A stretch of DNA of 64,000 nucleotides from Candidatus Poribacteria bacterium (lineage in GTDB: Bacteria > Poribacteria > WGA-4E > WGA-3G), in the NCBI GenBank assembly GCA_963665235.2, contig CAXXLX010000001.1:3840001-3904000 (forward strand). Reading direction: 5' to 3'. The notes beneath the pieces are model-generated. The model was not told where the DNA came from, searched no databases, and worked only from the letters and a program-made list of their open reading frames with translations. A program made the translations under genes and the position numbers. Below are positions 56,801 through 64,000 of the stretch, piece after piece (the stretch's first letter is position 1; the number at the start of each line of letters is the position of its first letter).

Positions 56801-59800
56801 TACCGAGTTTAGTGTAAATATCAAGCAATTGTTCATAGATTCTTTCGCGTTCGTAGCTATCAGAAGTCATATCAAGTGCCTTTTCATAGGCGGTGCTTGC
56901 CTCGGTGAGTTTTCTCTGATTTCGGAAAGTGTCTGCGCGTGCCTTTTGCATATCAAACGTAAGCGCGCCTTCATTCTCCGCCTTCTGTCCTGTCTCTTCT
57001 GGATTTTCCTGATTGTCGGAAAGTTCTAGAATTTCCCGTTGAATCTTCTCACGTTCATATTCTTGTCCAGTGAAACGTAGCGCCTCTTGGAACGCCTTTT
57101 TGGCAGAATCCTTATCCTTTTTTCGGAGATGCAGTGCAGCCAATTCACGATAACGTTCCACGTTCCCGGGGGCAAGTTCGATTAATTTTTGGTAGGTAGC
57201 GATTGCTTCATCTATCCTGTTATCATCCGCATAGAGTTTTGCTTTGCGGAGGTAATTGCTAGCATTGTCAGCGTCGCGGTTGATGTATTGTTGCGCGATT
57301 TCAAGTGCCTTCTCAATTTTACCAGCTTTTTGATAAGTACGAACAAGTCCATCCTGAAACTTTGTATTGCCTGCATCTTCGGAGAGCAGCGCCTCCCAAG
57401 TAGCAACTGCTTTATCGTCCTGATTTTGCGTTGTGTAAAGCGTAGCAAGTTGCGCGCGAGATTCGAAGTCTTCAGGCATCACCTTTTCTAGATGTGTATA
57501 GATGAGTAAAGCTTCTTGTGTATCACCACGCTGTGCGAAATCCTTTGCCAATGTCCGCAACGTACCAATGTCCATATTTTCTATTTTATCTTTTAGTTGG
57601 ACTGGACTGGAAACATTTGCGCGTCGCTTTTTAATAGCGACCAACTGTTCCTCCGCCTCTCTGCGATGATAGGATACAACTGAAAGATCATTAACGACTT
57701 TAGTCAGAAGGGGTTCAGCGTCTTCCCACATTTGGTTATGCATGTAGATTGATGCGAAATTCATATATTCAATGAAGTCGCCTCTCCCGGAACGAAATCT
57801 GAGTCTTGCCATCTTTCGGTATGCATCTTGCGCTTTCTCCTTTTCACCTTTTAGTGCATAGCTCATTCCGAGTCTATAATAGATATCCCATGCTCCTTCG
57901 GATTTTTGCACAATTTTCTCAAGGATTTGAAATTCCCGTTCTCGTCCCCCCGCGAGCCGATATGCCTCCGCCAAATTGCGGAGTTGTCCTATATTAAATG
58001 CGTCAGCATCAAGCAGTTGGTCCGTATGTTCATCTGCGCCTTTCAGGTCATTCGCTGCAATTTTCATTTTAGCAACGAAATAACGTAAGTTTTGATCTGT
58101 CGGGTTTTCTGCAAGTTTGGCTTCATATTCCTTGATGAATTGGTCCAATTCACCGTATAATTTATAGAAACGGGTCAACATTTCTAGGGTCGTTTCCTGT
58201 GAATATGCTTCCTCGTCAGTTTCTAGGAGGTCCCGCAACATCCGGATAGCTTTCTCATATTCACCCATGGCGGCGTAGGCATCTGCTAATTCGTGATAAT
58301 AGTAAGTCTGACTTGTCGGTTGTGCTTCGATGAGTTTTTCATAGATTTCGATAACAGCGTTGTGATTGTTTATGTCCTTAAGCTCCCTCGCCACATCTCG
58401 TGCAAGTTCGTTACTGAAATCATATCCGACAGATGGCATAATCAGCTCTTTGGATAGGGCGATAAGTTCGTCAACCTTTTCTGCCTTAAAGAAGCTTTCA
58501 ATTGCATCCCAGGTATCGTAACCGAGTGAATTTGGGTTATCCTTCAGCAGTTTGAGGTATTGTGGGACAGCCTCTTCATATTTTCCTCCCCGATACAACA
58601 TCTCCGCGTAACGTTTACGTGTAGTACTGTCTGTAGGTCTTAATGAGAGTGCGGTCTTGAATGCTTCTGATGCCTTGTCAATTTTGTCTTTACCTTCATA
58701 GAAAGCCGCCAAATTCATAAACGCCTTGTGTGAGTTGGGATTCTTTTCTGTAGCTGCTATTAATAACGTCTCCCGTTCTTGGGTAGATTTTGATTGGTTC
58801 GTTAGATGAGTTGCCTGCTGCCGTTTCCAAATAGAGAGCGTTTGTCCGTATCGGTCGCGTTGATTTGCGAATCGTAGGGCGCGTTCAGCCATCCGCGCGG
58901 CACCCTGGCCTCTCCCGAGTTCTTCTAAAAGGCGGCTTAAATCCATAAGAAAATCAGCATCTCGTATCCCCATCGCTAGGTGCATCGCTTTATTCATAAT
59001 AGCAGTCGCATGTTGCGTATACCCCGCACTTTGCAGCTGTTTCGAAAAGGTATAGAGTTCACGCGCGCTAGTTGGCGAATTCAGAAGTTTACCTATTAAA
59101 TCCCGAACAGCGACAGTATTCCCTGTCTGTAATGCCAATTTTAGGGTCAGGTCATAGTATTGACGGCGATTTCGTGGGTCAGCTACGGCAAGTTCCTCAA
59201 GTAATTGGAGCGTGCCAGCATGTTGTCCCGTTTGAATGGCGATAAACACAGTGCTGAGTTTGATCGAGAGGTCATGCGGAAATTCTTTCTGTAACGGGAC
59301 AAGGACTTCTTGCGATTTTTCGCGCTCCCCATTCCACCAATAGCAGTAGCTAAGGGCTAATCCTGAGAAGATTCGGTTTCGTCCTACCGCCGCATCAAAC
59401 GTAGTCCGCAACTTAGCGTATAAAACCTCAGGTTGATTTTTCAGCCACAATTGCCGAGAAAAATATTGCAGATACCGAAACCTACTCCCCTCGTAATAGA
59501 CAGTTGTTGTAGGAAAGATAGTCTGAAGAGATGCTCTGCTGGAAGAGAACGAACTTGTTGGTAGGAATGCTGTCCGTCGCGTGTTTGTGATTTGAGGTTG
59601 TGTTTTCTCACAGTAAGTCCAGAAGAGCTCAATCGCCTCGTCATACTGTTCCAAATTAAGGTATGCATCGGTAACCTTATCATAGAGCGAGCGATACTTC
59701 GCCTGTTGTGGTTGTGTTGGAATAGGCAACTTATCAATGATTCGCACAGCAACGTCAGTTTTCTTCATCAGTACAAGCGTCTCAATAAGTGCGTCTACGG

Positions 59801-62800
59801 TGTTAAGGTCCATCAACTTTATATCTTCAAATTCACCAATCAATTTTTCTGCTGCGTCCTTTTGTCCCTCACGATACCGTTTTTTGATATATTGGAACGT
59901 ATACCAAAGGCGTGTGTCTTGTGTTAACCCCGGGAGGCTATTCAGATATTTTTCTAACGTTTCAGAAGGTAGGTTTTTCTGAATTGCCCCATTTAATCGG
60001 ACCTCTTGGTATGTAAAATCGTTTGGAGATGCAGCAATCAATTGCTCAATCGTCCTATCTATTTTCTGGGTGTTCCCGGTCAAGGTATAGATTTGTGTCA
60101 AGATTTCAAGCGTTTTAATGTCCTTTGGGTTGGTTTCGAGATAGGTTTCGTACTGCTGAATAAATTCATTGAGTTTACCGTGTTGCTGAGCGATTGTGCT
60201 CAAATGCACGAGCGCGCCTGCCTGCGCCTCCTCAAAACTTTTTGGGAGCCAGCCATGGACGTTTTGTCCGAGATAGGATTCACCTTGAATCTCCCAGATT
60301 AGATCTAGCGCGAGTTCAAATTTGTTGGGGTCAATGCCGGGAGGTTTAGTTTGCGTTGCTGTTATGTGTCTACTACTCGCTTCCGGTTTCGGCATCGATA
60401 GGATTCGCTGGAAATGGGTCCGGGCGCGTTCGAATTCGCGCATACCCACCAACAGCGTCCCTACTTTGTAGTGTGCAATATGCGCATCTGCCCCTGAAAT
60501 TTTATCCGCTGCGCGGTCAATAACAGAAAGTGCCTCATCTAGGTGTCCATGCTGGATTAGCAGTACCGTCAGTTTTATCTCCGCGTCAAACGGCTGGTTT
60601 TTTGCATGGAGTAGCTTTGTCCAGGCTTGAATAGCTTCCTGCTCGCGTCCTGCATCAAACAAAAGTTCCCCGATTCGGCGTTGATGACTTGGGTCCGGGT
60701 GTACTGTGACGAGTCGTTGTTGGTATGTCAGCGCGTCTTGGTTATCGCCGAGGTCAAGGCTAATGTTCACGAGTTGTTCCAAGAGGTCAGGATTTTTGCG
60801 TTCTCTATCTAATGCCCGTGCAAGTTGGAAGCGTGCATTCTGCAAGTCTCCCTCCATCCGGTAAAGTTCAGCAAGTGCTAAGATAGGTGCAACGCCGCCG
60901 GTGTTGGATTTTGCCAGCTGCTTCAGTTTATTCTCAAACTCCGCACGCCGGCCTAGGTCGTAATATGCTTCGGAAAGCGGTTTGACAAAAACGAGTTTAT
61001 CGTTGACGGTATCACTCAATTCCCAACATCGCCAATATTGTGCAATTGCCTGTCGCGGTTTACCTGCAAGTTTGTAAGTCGCTGCCAACTCCTTACGGAT
61101 ATCAATTGCTTCCGGCTGTAAACGGAGTGCCTGTTTGAAATTATCTACGGCACTCTCATAATTTTCGGACTGTTTACCGATTTCCGCGAGCAGCTGATAC
61201 CCTTCAGGATTGCGTGGACTATGGGCTATCACCTGCTTTGCTGTAGCTGTAGCCTTTGTGAAGTCCATAACGTCTATATGCGACCGCGCAATATTGGTAT
61301 AGTATTCCCGGGCATTCGCGCTGTCAACTTGAATAAGATGCGTATAGATAGCATTCGCCTCATCTCGCTGGTTCTGCTTTGTATACACCGCTGCTAGCCA
61401 TCGATTGATAATTACATCGTCAGGTTGAAGTGCCTTTGCCTTCAAAATGATTTCAAGTGCGTAAGTCCTATTGCCCAGCTTGAGGTACATCTTTGCGAGC
61501 CGTTTCTGCTGCGTGAATATGTCCGCAGGTGTCAGGCCCGATTTTTCTAGTTCAGCTTCCACTGTTTCTATTTTGGAACGTAGGGTGCCTTGTCGTCGAT
61601 AGAGTTCAATCCGCTGGTTATCCATCTCTTCAGCAAAGAAGGCGTTCGGTGCAAGTTTTGCTGCTTCGGTAAATTCTGTTAGTGCTGCATCGAAATCCCC
61701 ATTTTTCATAAGCTGTTTCGCCAACGTCTCACGATATCCATAGACATCGGGCATCAATTCAACAGCCTTGCGGCTCGCAGCAATTGCCTCGGTGTGGAAA
61801 TTTTTCGCATTGAGGAGTTTTGCCAACCGGGCGTAATTCTCAGCGATTTCCTTGTCGCCCTCGACCATCCTATTCCATGTTTCAATCGCTTTTTCGCGAC
61901 TGCCTTGGCGAAGGTAGAATTCGCCGAAATATGCAATATAGTCCAGATTATCGGGTGATAGTGATAGCACCTTTTGGTATGCCGCAATTGCATCCGCTAT
62001 CCATTCATTTCCGGTGTAGATTTCAGCGAGCAGGAGATGGGTGCTTTCATTTTCCGGGTCGCGCGCAAGCATTCGCTGATATGTAGCCCGGGCTTTGGCT
62101 TCGTCCTCCACCTGTAGATACAATTCACCAAGTTCGCGGTAAATACCGAAATCGTCCGGGGTTTGTTCAGAAAGCACTTCGTATTCGGCTGCTGCGTCGG
62201 TGAACTTTTCAGCGTTGCGAAGCGCAGCGATAAGGTTTAAACGTAGAGTCGCGTCTGTCGGGGCAAGTTCTAGACCCTTCCGATATATATCTATTCCCTT
62301 TTCAAGCTGCTGATTTTCGACGTAAGCGGCTGCCAGCAAACCCATAAGTTCCGGCTCATTCGGTATGGTTTCAAGTTTTCGCTGGTAATACGCAATTAAG
62401 CCTTGCCAATTATTATCGGCAGCAAAAATGCCGATGATGCGGTGTTGTAAATCTTTCCGCAGCCAATTGCCGGGGGCAGTCAATGCAAGGGCGGTATCGT
62501 AGCTTTGAATAGCGTTTTGATAATCGCCTTTTGCCTCATAGATATTCCCAATTTCTCGCTGACTCAAGCAGACACGGTAAGGGTCATCCGCTTTGTGCCG
62601 AATAATTGCTTCATGTTGTGCAATTGCCTGCTCGTACAATTCCTGCTCTCGGAAAAGTGCAGCGAGTTCAATACGTGCAAAGATGTCTTGTGTATCTAGT
62701 TCAGCAATTTTGTGCCATGCTTGAATCGCTTCATCGACCCTGTCTCGACGGAAATATGCATGTCCAAGTGCCTTGTATATTGCTGTTAATTCTTCGAGGG

Positions 62801-63278
62801 GCACATCCTGTTTTTGTTCCGATAACGCTGCTGCCTGTTTCAAAGCACGGATGGCATTTTCATGCTGGTACAGTATTGCGGACATCTGTCCGAGGGCAAA
62901 GTGCGGATAATAATCGTTCGGGGCAAGTTCAACGGCGCGTTGATACGCAGAAATAGCTGAGGCATCCTGACCGAGCCGTTTGTAGATATGCCCCAAGGTA
63001 AGTTGAACGTTCGGGGCATCCGGTTTCGCTGCCGCCTCCGCTTGATAATCCGCCACCATTGCGTCTAAACCTGCCCCTTCCAGATAGAATTGATACAGCC
63101 GTTCAAACGTATTCCCCTCGCGCGGTTTGCGATTCAGCATCTGTTTATAGCGGTCGATGATTTTTGCATCGCTCGTTTCGTCTTGCGCGACGACTATGGA
63201 GGTTATCCACAAGCTAAGGCTTATGAAAATAAGACACAGAAAGTCCGCTGCAAACCGTTTTTTTTCAAATATAAACAT
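53892..63278 (-). CDS. Giant secreted TPR protein with C-terminal LamG-TPR-beta-sandwich module (3128 aa)
   Basis: Signal peptide and dozens of TPR-like repeats; the last ~680 aa are colinear with 51349-53532. Confidence 0.9.
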   Translation of the reverse strand: MFIFEKKRFAADFLCLIFISLSLWITSIVVAQDETSDAKIIDRYKQMLNRKPREGNTFERLYQFYLEGAGLDAMVADYQAEAAAKPDAPNVQLTLGHIYKRLGQDASAISAYQRAVELAPNDYYPHFALGQMSAILYQHENAIRALKQAAALSEQKQDVPLEELTAIYKALGHAYFRRDRVDEAIQAWHKIAELDTQDIFARIELAALFREQELYEQAIAQHEAIIRHKADDPYRVCLSQREIGNIYEAKGDYQNAIQSYDTALALTAPGNWLRKDLQHRIIGIFAADNNWQGLIAYYQRKLETIPNEPELMGLLAAAYVENQQLEKGIDIYRKGLELAPTDATLRLNLIAALRNAEKFTDAAAEYEVLSEQTPDDFGIYRELGELYLQVEDEAKARATYQRMLARDPENESTHLLLAEIYTGNEWIADAIAAYQKVLSLSPDNLDYIAYFGEFYLRQGSREKAIETWNRMVEGDKEIAENYARLAKLLNAKNFHTEAIAASRKAVELMPDVYGYRETLAKQLMKNGDFDAALTEFTEAAKLAPNAFFAEEMDNQRIELYRRQGTLRSKIETVEAELEKSGLTPADIFTQQKRLAKMYLKLGNRTYALEIILKAKALQPDDVIINRWLAAVYTKQNQRDEANAIYTHLIQVDSANAREYYTNIARSHIDVMDFTKATATAKQVIAHSPRNPEGYQLLAEIGKQSENYESAVDNFKQALRLQPEAIDIRKELAATYKLAGKPRQAIAQYWRCWELSDTVNDKLVFVKPLSEAYYDLGRRAEFENKLKQLAKSNTGGVAPILALAELYRMEGDLQNARFQLARALDRERKNPDLLEQLVNISLDLGDNQDALTYQQRLVTVHPDPSHQRRIGELLFDAGREQEAIQAWTKLLHAKNQPFDAEIKLTVLLIQHGHLDEALSVIDRAADKISGADAHIAHYKVGTLLVGMREFERARTHFQRILSMPKPEASSRHITATQTKPPGIDPNKFELALDLIWEIQGESYLGQNVHGWLPKSFEEAQAGALVHLSTIAQQHGKLNEFIQQYETYLETNPKDIKTLEILTQIYTLTGNTQKIDRTIEQLIAASPNDFTYQEVRLNGAIQKNLPSETLEKYLNSLPGLTQDTRLWYTFQYIKKRYREGQKDAAEKLIGEFEDIKLMDLNTVDALIETLVLMKKTDVAVRIIDKLPIPTQPQQAKYRSLYDKVTDAYLNLEQYDEAIELFWTYCEKTQPQITNTRRTAFLPTSSFSSSRASLQTIFPTTTVYYEGSRFRYLQYFSRQLWLKNQPEVLYAKLRTTFDAAVGRNRIFSGLALSYCYWWNGEREKSQEVLVPLQKEFPHDLSIKLSTVFIAIQTGQHAGTLQLLEELAVADPRNRRQYYDLTLKLALQTGNTVAVRDLIGKLLNSPTSARELYTFSKQLQSAGYTQHATAIMNKAMHLAMGIRDADFLMDLSRLLEELGRGQGAARMAERALRFANQRDRYGQTLSIWKRQQATHLTNQSKSTQERETLLIAATEKNPNSHKAFMNLAAFYEGKDKIDKASEAFKTALSLRPTDSTTRKRYAEMLYRGGKYEEAVPQYLKLLKDNPNSLGYDTWDAIESFFKAEKVDELIALSKELIMPSVGYDFSNELARDVARELKDINNHNAVIEIYEKLIEAQPTSQTYYYHELADAYAAMGEYEKAIRMLRDLLETDEEAYSQETTLEMLTRFYKLYGELDQFIKEYEAKLAENPTDQNLRYFVAKMKIAANDLKGADEHTDQLLDADAFNIGQLRNLAEAYRLAGGREREFQILEKIVQKSEGAWDIYYRLGMSYALKGEKEKAQDAYRKMARLRFRSGRGDFIEYMNFASIYMHNQMWEDAEPLLTKVVNDLSVVSYHRREAEEQLVAIKKRRANVSSPVQLKDKIENMDIGTLRTLAKDFAQRGDTQEALLIYTHLEKVMPEDFESRAQLATLYTTQNQDDKAVATWEALLSEDAGNTKFQDGLVRTYQKAGKIEKALEIAQQYINRDADNASNYLRKAKLYADDNRIDEAIATYQKLIELAPGNVERYRELAALHLRKKDKDSAKKAFQEALRFTGQEYEREKIQREILELSDNQENPEETGQKAENEGALTFDMQKARADTFRNQRKLTEASTAYEKALDMTSDSYERERIYEQLLDIYTKLGNDEAAIKTHDELAFSVSISNSAELARNRLINAYDKENKLETLKSIFNARLENEPKDIINDMEMLAEIYKRANDHGKAAEMYKAISKLQPDNVLSYYNAAAAYNRDGQSELANEMLNRGESALSVSHRKGSSSLLEELGDVCYNGKLYDPAIKFADAAIAENVDMLIYRTGSPEKSAYQLLAKSLYAAKRYEEAVYAYQQVENMARYSWDREEARKRIESASRLGNLYEKWIPKLLKKVEENPNDPDARLALAQTYEKVNKIDETIAQYQKLSELQPDTAQWQQKLGELYQTGTVQQHPTGEILENTALQLDGNRSFVEVDNTDTLRNITQQVTVSLWMKPTAFPNRYTPIIFKGDELTSDFSHRSYILYLREDGKVQIASSPDGRGQRSYYSDTGTVQLNTWYHIAGVIDAKRDSIKLFINGIEVGSTTLSGEQSFYESQFPLRIGWTHEEERPTQSPFVGFMDEVRIWNIARTDAEIRANMNTELKGDEPGLVAYWKLDGETEGVVLDVSANKNHGRLIGDAKFAPYTRPIFETTRSVQLTKAAAAYEKAIEIDPTSYQLYRSLAEVYAKQDRSSDAEAVYLRALDAPLTQRNRDDAIQAIWAFYANTEKQDKGVALLEELREKIENSARLYELLGDAYEEAGDADKAEVANTQWFRLRRREINQRQDARTYHDFATQLLRRGVYPEVALEYAERAAQSSSNSSYVVTLAHAYLANDQHENALVQYERGLNTDMFGFVERDIFVRLAKIGRGTKDKHGYIDMLKKLIEAMSGKATALLNAQIVLAEFYQLNDMHEEAAAQIQKTGFVTENEWLHLGPFDNTDGIGYNTAYIPENLTQIDMTAKYAAGNGYVSWQKVNDDVLNGYIELGKNLDWRVAYAFTTITSPDERQVVFRFDSDDQGKLYLNGEKVFTHTQTYAAGIDKYAVPVTLKKGKNSVLVKVCEQTGGWGFYLRITDQNGNPFTDLKLVK

Positions 63279-63350
63279 CGAATACCCTCGATTTTAAGTT
63301 GGCTATTGGCTATTGCCAATAACCAAATAAACAGCGCGTCTTCCTGATTT

Positions 63351-64000
63351 TTACTCGATAGACACCTTCGTTTTTTCCTTTGCCGATTCGTAGGTTGCAA
63401 GCACGATGGCTACAGCGTGTTTGCCGCCCCTACCATCGATGAGCGGGGTTTTATTATCACGAATGCACTCTACAAAATGGGTTAGTTCTCCAACGACTCC
63501 GTGCGGTCCGGAGCGGTCCGGTACAAGTTCCTGCCATTCAGACTCCCCCCGTTTTTTGAGATAAGCCACATCCGCTGACATGTCGAGACGGAGCGACCCT
63601 TCCGTGCCATCAATAATGGTTTCGTTAGTGCCGCGTGCCCCGAGGAAACCACCCCATCGCAGAATACCGACCGCCCCTGAATCGTAGCGGATAAGGGAGA
63701 CGGTGTAGTCCTCCCAATCATCGTGTCCAGAAAAACTGCCGACCTCTGCAGCGACCGTGAGCGCGGTTCCACCGAACCAGTTAATCAGGTCAGATTTGTG
63801 TATACCGTTTTCTAATAACCCCCCGACTGTGCCGTACCAACTCCCCGGACGATTGCGTGGGGCATTATAGGGGCCGGTGTAGTCCGTTTCAATATAGACG
63901 ATATCCCCGATTGCTCCATCATCGACGAGCTGCCTTCCGAGCTCGTGGACAGGATAGAAACGCAGCACCTGCCCTACCATGAGATGCGTGCTCGCCTTAT
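63351..64000 (-). CDS. Gfo/Idh/MocA oxidoreductase (5' end outside the window)
   Basis: VGQVLRF, GG.L...IH..D, F...I.....P, YES. Confidence 0.85.
   Translation of the reverse strand, partial: KASTHLMVGQVLRFYPVHELGRQLVDDGAIGDIVYIETDYTGPYNAPRNRPGSWYGTVGGLLENGIHKSDLINWFGGTALTVAAEVGSFSGHDDWEDYTVSLIRYDSGAVGILRWGGFLGARGTNETIIDGTEGSLRLDMSADVAYLKKRGESEWQELVPDRSGPHGVVGELTHFVECIRDNKTPLIDGRGGKHAVAIVLATYESAKEKTKVSIE

Noticed and set aside
1-64000. Autonomous IS/RAYT, prophage, rRNA or tRNA
   Set aside because: No DDE, HUH, integrase or phage motifs in any ORF; no rRNA- or cloverleaf-like sequence recognised by eye (tRNAscan/Infernal not run).

Overview
Bacterial genomic window, most likely from Candidatus Poribacteria. 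This is an inference from the LamG proteins ending in a 'VxPxxKLAxxWGxIK' tail, giant TPR proteins, several Gfo/Idh/MocA oxidoreductases and the style of the intergenic repeats. Genes in order: HD hydrolase, selD (selenoprotein with in-frame UGA and SECIS-like hairpin), pyrE, ymdB; xseA, xseB, a secreted protein where ispA usually sits, dxs, tlyA, tamB-like and tamA/bamA-like; a sugar/nucleoside ABC transporter plus a DUF6807-like gene; a divergent citrate synthase-family gene, icd, a small ORF, a type II-like R-M pair and mdh; two LamG paralogs and a LamG relic; an enolase-family dehydratase and oxidoreductases; an AAA/DUF4143 ATPase; a MoxR-DUF58-vWA cluster; a TolB-like propeller; and 727-aa and 3128-aa TPR-LamG paralogs. 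The most unusual signal is non-coding. At least three distinct MITE-like families, each with its own terminal inverted repeats and target duplications, carry the same GTAG-tagged REP-like hairpin. One family expands it into 3-12-copy arrays, and the families nest inside each other. Other palindromic arrays and 7/8/9-mer short tandem repeats crowd the intergenic gaps. No transposase, RAYT, cas gene, rRNA or tRNA is visible. All calls are by eye, without database searches.
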